IMG/VR virus record: IMGVR_UViG_2579778703_000007 | Coordinates: 11,499 to 75,498 of that record | DNA length: 64,000 bases | Source: a virus | Direction: 5' to 3' (one strand) | Shown here: positions 37,328-46,061 of the stretch, piece after piece | How the letters are laid out: each line of letters opens with the position of its first letter | Position numbering within the stretch: the stretch's first letter is position 1 | Program-made: the position numbers and the translations under genes | The notes under the pieces: generated by a model | What the model was told of the DNA's origin: nothing | The model's database searches: none | What the model saw: the letters and a program-made list of their open reading frames with translations, nothing else

Positions 37328-37348
37328 CCCCCGTAATACAACACGGGG
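37328..37348. other. Inovirus-like rolling-circle origin hairpin
   Basis: CCCCGT-AATACAAC-ACGGGG preceded by GGGGGAATTTA. Confidence 0.45.
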
Positions 37349-37714
37349 ATTTACAAACGAACACCACTAGAAGAATGGATAAATTTTTGTAGGGGAAAAG
37401 CCCATGAAAAGGATGTGAATGAGTAAAGGTCTACCAATAATGGGGCACTTATGAGTGTTACGAAGTGAATTTGAGAGTGACTTACTGAAAAGCCAACTAT
37501 TCGAAATGTTTTGAACTTTAATGTCTACCGACAGTTGTTAGTCACTGGCATAAAATATTGATCGATCGGGATGGCAGTTAAGGGAGCAACTGTACTATTG
37601 AAAGTATTCAGCAAAGCATTACACCTCTTGCAATTCTTAGATAGATAAGCGATTGACTCCCACTGCCTGTGTGCAATACTGGATGCATTAAACATTTGCA
37701 AAAAGTTTCACGGC

Positions 37715-39046
37715 ATGAGCAAAAAGATTGCGGGAGTTAGCATCCCACCAGCAAAACCCACTGATTTCATTAAAGTAGTAGAGTTAATCGACAAGTTAGA
37801 CCCAAGTAAGTACGGGTTTGATAGTAGCGGTAACTACTTGCATTGGGATGCGTTCCAGTACCGTTCAAAAGAGTTTAAAGGCGACCAAAAGGGCTATGCT
37901 TGGCATGCCCTAAAAATTAGACGTGGCCTTAACGACATTCCGCTTGTTGATGAAAAGGGCAATCCGTTCCAGGTTAGTGCAGCCAGCCTTGACGCTAAGC
38001 TATTCCACATCGATAAACAGCTCAAACTAGAAGATTTGCCGCTATCTGCTCAAGACAAAAAGGCGCACCTAGTGAAAAGCGTGATCATGGAAGAAGCCAT
38101 TAGCAGCGCCCAATTGGAGGGAGCTGCCACAACGCGCAAAGTCGCTAAGGAAATGCTTGAAACGGAGCGTGAGCCTAAAGATGACTCCGAACGGATGATT
38201 ATCAATAACTGGCGTTTGATCATGATGGCCGATGAACTTAAGGATGTAGAGCTCACACCAGAATTGATTAGCGGGTTTAATGGCATCGCCACCGATGGCG
38301 TGCTAGAGAATGAGCACGTTGCTGGCCAATACAGAACGGATGCGGTCATGGTTAGAGACGTGGCCACTGGCGATATTATTCACGAAGCGCCAGAACATGA
38401 GCACGTTTTGAAGCTCATCGAGCAACTATGTGACTTCGCCAACACCGACCATACCACCAGCACCAATTTTATTAATCCAATCGTTAAGGCTTGTATTCTG
38501 CACTTTATGATTGGCTACATTCACCCATTCATGGACGGAAACGGAAGAACGGCTAGGGCGCTTTTCTACTGGTTCATCCTTAAGCATGGTTATGAAAACT
38601 TTAAGTACGTCTCGATCTCTGCACCTCTTAAGAGCGCGCCAACCAAGTACGTTAGAAGCTACGTTTACACCGAAACGGACGACAATGACTTAACGCACTT
38701 TGTGGACTACCAGCTAACGGTCATCATCAATGCGATTGAGCGCTTTAACGAGTACATCAAGTCTAAGATTGAAGATACGAGAGAGGTGCGCGAACTGCTA
38801 GACGACTCCAAGCTTAAGGGCGCGTTGAAACTGCCGCACATTGTGATTCTGGCCAAGGGGTTAGAAACAGCCGGACGTGTCTTTTCAGTTAAGGAAATTC
38901 AGTCTGATTTTGACGTGTCTCATACCTCTGCGCGCAAGTATCTTGAGAAGCTGGTGGAGCTGAAATTGCTGTTCAAATCAAAGGATGGCAACGAGAATAC
39001 CTACATTGCACCAGCCGACTTGAAAGATAGGCTAACCAAAGCTTAA
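37715..39046 (+). CDS. Fic family protein with C-terminal wHTH
   Basis: HPFMDGNGRTAR catalytic motif; EEAISSAQLEG inhibitory-helix motif. Confidence 0.93.
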   Translation: MSKKIAGVSIPPAKPTDFIKVVELIDKLDPSKYGFDSSGNYLHWDAFQYRSKEFKGDQKGYAWHALKIRRGLNDIPLVDEKGNPFQVSAASLDAKLFHIDKQLKLEDLPLSAQDKKAHLVKSVIMEEAISSAQLEGAATTRKVAKEMLETEREPKDDSERMIINNWRLIMMADELKDVELTPELISGFNGIATDGVLENEHVAGQYRTDAVMVRDVATGDIIHEAPEHEHVLKLIEQLCDFANTDHTTSTNFINPIVKACILHFMIGYIHPFMDGNGRTARALFYWFILKHGYENFKYVSISAPLKSAPTKYVRSYVYTETDDNDLTHFVDYQLTVIINAIERFNEYIKSKIEDTREVRELLDDSKLKGALKLPHIVILAKGLETAGRVFSVKEIQSDFDVSHTSARKYLEKLVELKLLFKSKDGNENTYIAPADLKDRLTKA

Positions 39047-39053
39047 GAGCATC

Positions 39054-39082
39054 AAAAAAGCCGCCAAACTGGCGGCCTTTTT
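39054..39082. terminator. Bidirectional terminator between fic and bplB
   Basis: AAAAAAGCCGCCA-AAC-TGGCGGCCTTTTT. Confidence 0.8.
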
Positions 39083-39111
39083 GTAGGGAATAGAATAGGA
39101 CTGGTTGGCGA

Positions 39112-39609
39112 TTAGAAATCTACCCAGTTGTATTGCAGTGTGATAGCTGGCTTAACAAGTGCTGCTGAATCTTCTGTCGATAGGTCGATCACGTCTGAAC
39201 GTACTTTTACGTGCTCCAAACGGAATCGATGCGAGGTTGAACCCTTACCCTTAGTTGATTCAGGCGTAGACTCGATAACGACAGTGACCATTTTCTTTTC
39301 ACGAACGATCTCACGTAGCATTTCTAGCACTGTACCTGTGATAGTTTCTACGCACGTTACCGCGATTTCGCCTTTGTTTTCAAGCGCACCATTTTGGATG
39401 TAGCCCAAGCCCATTTGGCCAAAATCTTCTACGTCTGCACGACCCATTGCTGGAAACTGAGTAGAACGAACCAAAACAGTGACGTTAGGGTATTCTTCGA
39501 TTTTCATTTCGAACTCTGTACCCATCATTTTTTCGCCAGCTTGGACGTTCTTAGTGAATTTCTGTTTCAAGAAATTCATATCGCCTTTTGCGTTAAATGC
39601 TCCGGCCAT
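39112..39609 (-). CDS. bplB: BplB tail tube protein
   Basis: LVRSTQFP, DVEDFG, CVETI.G, STED, YNW match recalled P1 BplB. Confidence 0.85.
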   Translation of the reverse strand: MAGAFNAKGDMNFLKQKFTKNVQAGEKMMGTEFEMKIEEYPNVTVLVRSTQFPAMGRADVEDFGQMGLGYIQNGALENKGEIAVTCVETITGTVLEMLREIVREKKMVTVVIESTPESTKGKGSTSHRFRLEHVKVRSDVIDLSTEDSAALVKPAITLQYNWVDF

Positions 39610-39622
39610 AATTACACCTATT

Positions 39623-40231
39623 CTATTGGAAGTGGTTAGGAATCTGTGACTGATTAATCATTTGCTTAGGAGCGGCGGTAATAGTTACCGTGTTGTAAGC
39701 GAAGTTCCCGTCTCGCGTCTTAGGTGCGTTAATGTCATAACTCACCTCGCTAATTCGCATAGGTAGATTGAGCGCTTTGCCAATCTTGAATCTCGCATCA
39801 CTTGGAACACGGCCACCAAGGCCATCGGAACTGACTGGAACAGTATTTTGCAGCTCGGGACTTATCATCTGAGCCAGGTATTTAATGGGATCATTAACCT
39901 CGGATTTGGCATTGGTGAACGCGACAAATTTAAGCGTTACGGTTATCTCTGGCGGTTCGTTCCCTTGCCAAACTTGCTGACTGTTCCATAGTGTTTTACT
40001 CGTCTTATCCGACACGGTTTGCGCGATTGAGGACGTTTTATCTAGGGCATTGATGTTACCCACGGAATCGCCCTCAAACGGCGCTTCCCATATCGCTCTA
40101 AAGGCAAGCTGACACTCATCAGTCATGTAACCAATGACCGTAACCTCTTGACCGCCTATGACTTGTGTAATGGCGCATTTGTTGTGGATAGACACGCCAT
40201 CATCATTAGGTACGCCGACAATTACAGCCAT
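39623..40231 (-). CDS. pmgG: PmgG tail tube initiator-like protein
   Basis: DGVS, WEAPF, SPEL, GGRVP; synteny. Confidence 0.78.
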   Translation of the reverse strand: MAVIVGVPNDDGVSIHNKCAITQVIGGQEVTVIGYMTDECQLAFRAIWEAPFEGDSVGNINALDKTSSIAQTVSDKTSKTLWNSQQVWQGNEPPEITVTLKFVAFTNAKSEVNDPIKYLAQMISPELQNTVPVSSDGLGGRVPSDARFKIGKALNLPMRISEVSYDINAPKTRDGNFAYNTVTITAAPKQMINQSQIPNHFQ

Positions 40232-40240
40232 TGCTTACCC

Positions 40241-40909
40241 TTACTTGTCCATACCGCGAGAATCGCGCATGCGGTTAGACTTTTTGCGAGCTGCTTTAGC
40301 CGCAGAGCTGTGAGCTTTCGCGCGCGCTTTCTTAAGTGCTGCTTTTTGTGCTGCACTCATACGGCGCTTACGGCGATTGGTTTTGATGTAAGTCACCTTG
40401 CCGTCACGGATCACTTTCTTAAGCGCTTCAAGCATCATGGATTCACGAACGGCGAACTCTGCGATCGCTTCGTCTGAGTCCACGTTGTCTAGGCCACGCT
40501 CTAGGGATTCAAAGATGCGATCTGCCGCTTCTGGATCTTCCAGTGCTTCTAGCATGTCGCCCTCTTTTGGCTGGCCAACTTGAGCAATAAACTCGCTAGC
40601 CGCTTCTTGTAGCGATTCGTATAGTGCTGCTTGGCCATCGGTTAGCTCTGCATCGTCATCGCCACCAGCCATGCCAAATAGCATTGCGTCTAGGTTGTCG
40701 ATTGAGCTGTCACCACCGTTAACCCACTGAACACAAGCCGCTGCTGCGTCTTGGCGAGCCATGATGGTTGATGCACGGTTGATTGACTCAAGAAGTTGGT
40801 CTTCTGTTACAGACTCAAAAAATGCAGTTTCAGTTTGTTCCTGCTCGGCCACTTGTGGCATCACAAATGGGCGAGCAAGAACAGAACCCTCAGAAAACAT
40901 TGATTTCAT
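40241..40909 (-). CDS. P1 gp21-like protein (acidic body, basic tail; prohead core-like)
   Basis: KKVIRDG..SAAQKAALKKARAKAH..RKKS; repeated xxES/xLEA motifs. Confidence 0.78.
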   Translation of the reverse strand: MKSMFSEGSVLARPFVMPQVAEQEQTETAFFESVTEDQLLESINRASTIMARQDAAAACVQWVNGGDSSIDNLDAMLFGMAGGDDDAELTDGQAALYESLQEAASEFIAQVGQPKEGDMLEALEDPEAADRIFESLERGLDNVDSDEAIAEFAVRESMMLEALKKVIRDGKVTYIKTNRRKRRMSAAQKAALKKARAKAHSSAAKAARKKSNRMRDSRGMDK

Positions 40910-40931
40910 TCTATTCTTGCTCTTTTGTTGA

Positions 40932-42506
40932 TTAACGGATTAGTACAGGTTCACCAAGGATTCGACGTGCTGAGCCAGTTGGACAGAACGCCCAAGTGAC
41001 TTTCCAGTAATCGATTTCCACTTGCTTAACTTCCAGCGTCCAAGCGTTCTCGCCGTCTTGCTCTGGATTACGAGGTGTCACTAGCGCACCAACGGCTTCA
41101 TAGCCCTCTAGGATGCTGGCCATACCGTCAGTTAGCCCCTCAAGCGTTGCACCGTCAGGTTGGTGTTTTAGGCGATTACCTAGTGCGTAGAAGTCGCGTG
41201 AGATAGCGTCAGCAATAGACACGACTTGCTCAAAACGTAGGTAGTTTTCAGCCGCAGATGACGTTAGAGAGTCATCAATGAACAGGTTGCCGTTTTCGTC
41301 TGTGCCTAGTTTGTTTAGACGTGCCTTGTACATTTCTTGGTAGTTAGGCTCGCCAGCACCTTGGATTGGTTTTAGGCCAGTACGTTGGATAACAGCACGT
41401 TCAACACCCGCTGGTGTGTAGTGCCAACCGCCGACCGGAGAGGTCTTAGCAACGCCAAGCGCTTTAGCTGCAAAGCCGATACCTGAGCCGCCCCATACCG
41501 CCATGTTGCCGTAGAAACGACACTTCGCTTGGTAAGGGATATGCACGAATGAAGCGCGATGGTTGTTGAAGTTCAGACCTTTTTTGAACTCCAATGCCGC
41601 TTCGTGCGTTAGGCGAGGATCAACATCGAAGTAGCCAGAAATGCGTTTGTCTTTACAGATTTGCGCTAGGTCAGTGATTACCGCTGTTTCGTAACAACCC
41701 AAACCACAAACGTAGTTAAAGCTGTAAACGGTAGTGCGTAGTGCTTTCACTGCTTTCTGGTAGTCGTCAGCCGTAATGTCGCTAATATTGCCGTTGGTCG
41801 CGCCAGTGAATTTGGTTTTAGCAATTGCAGTAACTTCGCGTTTCGCTACTTCTGCATCGATGCGACAAGTTAGGTACTGCGAACGTTCTTCAAGAACAGT
41901 CTCGATAAACGCAGCGCTACCCATTTGGTCTACTGCTGTAGGCTCTAGGGATACAACCCATTCTTCTAGCACTACAGAGCCACCAGCCGCTTGTTCTTCC
42001 TCTAGGGTAAGAGTGAACATGCCAGCGCCATAAACTTGCTCATCGGCTTTTGCTAGTGTGATAGAACGGTTGTCTGATTGAGCACCGTCTTTGATAGCGA
42101 ACGCTAAAAATTCGCCATCTTCTAGCGATAGGTCAGCCGAGTAGTTGATCGCTTCGTTAGTGATCGTTACATCGTCTGCTGGTTTAGTTAGCTTGATAGC
42201 TGGGTAAGTTGCCGTTTTTGGTACGACACGAACCACATAGCCATTACCGCCGCGCAATGCTTCATCAAGAACGCGCATGCCGTCAGCCAATTTGCCAAGG
42301 CTTGAGTGGTAAGGCTTACCTAGTTTGTCTAGGAAGTTAGCCGCCGTTACCGGAATAACATCGAACGGCTTACCTTTTTGAGCCACAATCACACCGCCAA
42401 ACACTAGCTGGTTAGAGCCAGTGCCTTGCTTAGTTGTCGAGTCAGCGTTAATTGGCGCAACCGCAACTTGTGAGACGTTATCCATTGAAAATTCAATCTT
42501 ACTCAT
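40932..42506 (-). CDS. Contractile tail sheath protein (P1 gp22-like)
   Basis: GYVVRVV, WHYTPAG, NYLRF, CPTGSARRI.GEP; 524 aa; synteny. Confidence 0.88.
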   Translation of the reverse strand: MSKIEFSMDNVSQVAVAPINADSTTKQGTGSNQLVFGGVIVAQKGKPFDVIPVTAANFLDKLGKPYHSSLGKLADGMRVLDEALRGGNGYVVRVVPKTATYPAIKLTKPADDVTITNEAINYSADLSLEDGEFLAFAIKDGAQSDNRSITLAKADEQVYGAGMFTLTLEEEQAAGGSVVLEEWVVSLEPTAVDQMGSAAFIETVLEERSQYLTCRIDAEVAKREVTAIAKTKFTGATNGNISDITADDYQKAVKALRTTVYSFNYVCGLGCYETAVITDLAQICKDKRISGYFDVDPRLTHEAALEFKKGLNFNNHRASFVHIPYQAKCRFYGNMAVWGGSGIGFAAKALGVAKTSPVGGWHYTPAGVERAVIQRTGLKPIQGAGEPNYQEMYKARLNKLGTDENGNLFIDDSLTSSAAENYLRFEQVVSIADAISRDFYALGNRLKHQPDGATLEGLTDGMASILEGYEAVGALVTPRNPEQDGENAWTLEVKQVEIDYWKVTWAFCPTGSARRILGEPVLIR

Positions 42507-42936
42507 TCTCTGTCTCTGTCTCTTTCAGCGTTAGATTCTGTGCTGCAAGCTGGCCGACAATTTCTTGCAAACCCGCTTGAGCAATACCTTTCACCGAAAT
42601 CACGTCTTCTTTCGTCATTTCGGTTAGTTGCTCAACCGTTGCTACACCGTGGTTAGTCAGTGCTTTTTCAACGCTCGCGCTTAGCTCAAGTGCTGATAGC
42701 GCTGTGCCTTTTTCGCTGGTGGCTGTGTTTGGTTGTTTTTGAACTGCTGGTAAAACCGTTGGCTCAAGGCGAACCGAAACGAGGCCGTTTGGATAGGCCG
42801 CTTCCACTTCGTGTTTGAAGCGGTTCACGTTGAAAACTGAGAGAGGAAAATCTTTAGCCAGTGGTGGCATGACGCGACCCTGTACCGTGATTTCCTTTGG
42901 TGTGTGGTTGGTGATTAAAACGATCGTTTCTTTCAT
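42499..42936 (-). CDS. Protein with C-terminal RNA polymerase alpha-CTD-like (HhH) domain
   Basis: LSALELSASVEKALTNHGVATVEQLTEMTKEDVISVKGIAQAGLQEIVGQL aligns by eye with alpha-CTD. Confidence 0.7.
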   Translation of the reverse strand: MKETIVLITNHTPKEITVQGRVMPPLAKDFPLSVFNVNRFKHEVEAAYPNGLVSVRLEPTVLPAVQKQPNTATSEKGTALSALELSASVEKALTNHGVATVEQLTEMTKEDVISVKGIAQAGLQEIVGQLAAQNLTLKETETENE

Positions 42937-42982
42937 CAAATCCCCCAAGAGCGGCAGCCCGTAAGACTGCCGCTTACTTGCC

Positions 42983-44632
42983 TTATGCCGCTGCTGCTAC
43001 AGGAGCTTCGTCGATAAGTTTCACACGGTAGAAGTAGTTCTCACCGTCGAATGGATGGATCTCGCCGTAGGCCAATTCGTATAGCGTGTTAGACGCTACT
43101 AGACCTTTGCCGATTGGATGTGTGTACATGGTTGCTGCGATCGCATCACCCGCTACGTAACCGGCTTCTGAGTGAGAAGAACCGCGACCGTAACAAAGCA
43201 TGTCGTTCGTACCGATAACGACTGGACACTCGAACACTTTCCACATACCGAACAATTTACCCGCGTAGTGGATAGCGTTTTTCTGTTGGTAGTTAGCCGG
43301 AGCAACGAAGTATGGAGCACCTAGTGACTTAAGGATTGTTGACGCGCCAGTACCAGCAAAGATACCTGTCATGCCAGTTGTGCGAGTCGCTTGTAGGATC
43401 TTCGTAGAAACGTTTAGAAGAACTTCGTTTAGACGTTCACGATGTAGACGCCAATCTTCACCAGCCGCTACGTAGATATTGAATGTTTCTTCGCGTGTAC
43501 ATGCGAAGTCCATATCTACTAGGTGGCGAGTAGACTTCTCTGATGCCAATGTGTTGCGCATGTGGCTCATTTGCAGCGATTTCAGATCTTGGCCAAACTC
43601 ACGTTGCATTGCGAACATCGCTTGGATTGTTGCGTCTGCTGCGATTGCGTTTTGACGTGGACGTAGTATGCGAGAATCCATATCATGGTCGATCGTCGGG
43701 ATCAGGTCAGGGCGTCTTTCAATGTCTACTTCGAACTCGATATGCAGAACGGTCTCTGCTGGTAGGGCCGATGTTGGAGTGACGGTAACTTTGCCTTTTG
43801 CATGGTCTATCTGACAGTTAATAACCATACCATTGTGAGTGCCAGTCATTATTTGACTGCCGTTGCTGTCTAGGTCGCGAGCCACACGTTTATGGTTAAT
43901 AAATAGGGAAACAGATGTCTTCGTGAATGGGATTTCAAACTTTGTGTGTTGTAGGTCAGTCTTAGAGTCAAAGACGTGAGTTGTCTTAGTGCCGTCTGGT
44001 TGCTGTTCAGCGACAAACTTGTAACGCTGACGCATTGACGAGTATTGACCAACCGTTGCTTGGTCGATTTCAGTACCCGCTGCGAAGTCACCAAAGTTTG
44101 AGCCAGTGCGGCGGTACACTTTGAAGATCTCAACTTCGTTGGCTCCCGCTGGGATCATCGTTACAGCGTCAAGTGTTGCTGTTTCAAGAAGAACAGGAAG
44201 CACTAGGCCAACCATTTTCGCGCGGATTTCAACACCCTCTGACGTTGATAGAGACTGACCGATAGACTCAAGCATCATTGCGCCTGTTGAGCCGTCACGT
44301 TTAGCGCCCTCTAATGTCATCATGTTACGCATAGTTGCGTGAGCTGATGCCATTAGTTCGTCGCTAGGTAGGTGGCCGTAAGTCTTTTCGTATTCACGTA
44401 CCGCAGATTGCATACCTGACACGATGCCAACCGCTGTTTCTTGAGGCACTGACTCGAACATTGGCTCATTCGCAATGGCTGACAAAATAGCCGCGCCACG
44501 AGAATTGTCGTCAGTTAGAAACATGCCTGTTTGCGCATCGAATTGGGATTCGATACACAGATTACGCATTGCTTGAGCGCCTAAATGAATCGCCTCAATG
44601 CGTTTGTTGAAGTTAGAACGTTTATCTGCCAT
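42983..44632 (-). CDS. Major capsid protein (P1 gp23-like)
   Basis: 549 aa; MMLES propeptide motif; YSSMRQ, AGYVAGDA; synteny with 22 and 21. Confidence 0.88.
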   Translation of the reverse strand: MADKRSNFNKRIEAIHLGAQAMRNLCIESQFDAQTGMFLTDDNSRGAAILSAIANEPMFESVPQETAVGIVSGMQSAVREYEKTYGHLPSDELMASAHATMRNMMTLEGAKRDGSTGAMMLESIGQSLSTSEGVEIRAKMVGLVLPVLLETATLDAVTMIPAGANEVEIFKVYRRTGSNFGDFAAGTEIDQATVGQYSSMRQRYKFVAEQQPDGTKTTHVFDSKTDLQHTKFEIPFTKTSVSLFINHKRVARDLDSNGSQIMTGTHNGMVINCQIDHAKGKVTVTPTSALPAETVLHIEFEVDIERRPDLIPTIDHDMDSRILRPRQNAIAADATIQAMFAMQREFGQDLKSLQMSHMRNTLASEKSTRHLVDMDFACTREETFNIYVAAGEDWRLHRERLNEVLLNVSTKILQATRTTGMTGIFAGTGASTILKSLGAPYFVAPANYQQKNAIHYAGKLFGMWKVFECPVVIGTNDMLCYGRGSSHSEAGYVAGDAIAATMYTHPIGKGLVASNTLYELAYGEIHPFDGENYFYRVKLIDEAPVAAAA

Positions 44633-44914
44633 GTAAATAAACCTTATTTATTAATTGAGTGTGTTCGGAATTGTTGTGCCACAGAAAAGCGGTAAACATT
44701 CGCTCAATTTCGGATAGTAATTAAGATTTATTGCGAAAAAAACAGGGCAAAAACAGCGTTTAACTTATTGTTATATAATGATTTTGTGTCTTTTTGTGTG
44801 TCTTTGTGGGAATGGTAACGACAGGGTGTTTCTATGTCTTTGATTGTGTATTTTTGGAGAGGCGAAAGGGGATGGGAAAGGACAGCTAAAAAAATTTTAA
44901 AAAAATTTTATCCG

Positions 44915-45262
44915 TTATAGCGTTCCAGCCAAAAAGCCGAACACATTGCTTAGCAGCTCTTGTGTGTCAGTCTCCAAGCTGGGAAGCTGTACACCGTAGA
45001 AAACCGCTAAAAAGTCACGAACGATGAGCTGATAAACGACCACCAGCGCAATGCTCCACATCATCGCTGAGCGTCCAGTGCGTACCAGCGTGTTAGAGCT
45101 GGCCGCCTCAAGTTCTGCCAGTTGGTAGGCGAACTCTTTACGTTCTTCGTCGCTGGTAAACACGCGATCCCCAAATTCGGCCAGTTCGTGAATAATACCG
45201 CCCACTTTATCGCTGGTGGCACTCTTAAATAGACCTTTAGTAAACACTTTTGCTAGTCCCAT
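44915..45262 (-). CDS. Putative holin
   Basis: FTSDEER motif plus TM helices; coupled to the amidase. Confidence 0.65.
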   Translation of the reverse strand: MGLAKVFTKGLFKSATSDKVGGIIHELAEFGDRVFTSDEERKEFAYQLAELEAASSNTLVRTGRSAMMWSIALVVVYQLIVRDFLAVFYGVQLPSLETDTQELLSNVFGFLAGTL

Positions 45263-45264
45263 AT

Positions 45265-45813
45265 TTAGCCCTCTTTGATGTGTTCTGCGAACGCTTCTGC
45301 CAGTACCACGGCAAGCTGTTCACGTAGTTCTAAGCCCTTTTGCAACGATTCATCGTTAGACAAAAAGAACGGCTCTAAAATCACGGCTGGCATCTTGGTT
45401 TTCATCAAGAAACGCCAACCGCGAGTATCAGTACCAGTGTTCGAGATAGGCTTAAGACCACGATTACGCTGTCCGATAAGTTCAGCCACCGCTTTTTGTA
45501 GGCACTGCGCGAGCGCTTGGCTCTTGGCGGATTTGTGCCAGTACAATGTCTCTGAGCCTTGAACGTTCTTATTGGCCACGCTGTTACAATGTAACTCGAT
45601 GGCGTAGTTAGCGCCCAAACCGTTCACGTCATCGATCATGCGTGAGTAGGTATCTCGGTACATGATCACTGGAAGAATGTCGCGCTTATGCAGTTCGGCA
45701 GCCAATAAGCTGGCTAGGGGATGATTGTATGCGTACTCATTCATTCCGAATGTTTCATTGTGCGCGCCACCATCTTTAAAACTATGTCCAACGATAATAC
45801 AGACTTTTTTCAT
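45265..45813 (-). CDS. N-acetylmuramoyl-L-alanine amidase (Amidase_3) endolysin
   Basis: [21 protein letters not shown] zinc/catalytic motifs. Confidence 0.92.
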   Translation of the reverse strand: MKKVCIIVGHSFKDGGAHNETFGMNEYAYNHPLASLLAAELHKRDILPVIMYRDTYSRMIDDVNGLGANYAIELHCNSVANKNVQGSETLYWHKSAKSQALAQCLQKAVAELIGQRNRGLKPISNTGTDTRGWRFLMKTKMPAVILEPFFLSNDESLQKGLELREQLAVVLAEAFAEHIKEG

Positions 45814-45857
45814 TTTTCAGTTTTCCAAACTCAATATAACTAATTAACAGTTAAGTG

Positions 45858-45886
45858 TTGACTGTGTTCGGAATAGGAAATATGTT
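45858..45886 (+). promoter_or_regulatory. Sigma70-type promoter for the candidate sRNA
   Basis: TTGACT-17 bp-TATGTT. Confidence 0.6.
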
Positions 45887-45891
45887 ATTTG

Positions 45892-46015
45892 CATCTACTC
45901 GTTCTCCCAAGCGAGTGATGCCAACTGACGTTGAGATACTTCAATTTACTTCGACTGACAGCCTGACATTAGCTTCCAGTTTCGCCGCGACTCACTTACC
46001 TCGCGGCTTTTTTTT
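45892..46015 (+). ncRNA. Candidate Qrr-like small RNA
   Basis: Promoter, 5' hairpin, GCCAACTGACGTTG (Qrr core) at 45920-45933, GCCGCGA/TCGCGGC terminator with long T-run. Confidence 0.6.
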
Positions 46016-46061
46016 GCCTGTCGCATAGAAAAAACCAGCGCGAACGTTGGCTTTACTTGGA

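Noticed and set aside
44770..44912. TGTGTCTTT-like and AAAAAATTTT short repeats as iterons or a pac site
   Set aside because: Too short and degenerate, with no rep or terminase gene nearby to support it
45876..45892. Sigma54 promoter for the Qrr-like RNA
   Set aside because: TTGC is present but GG is not at the required distance; the sigma70 match is better
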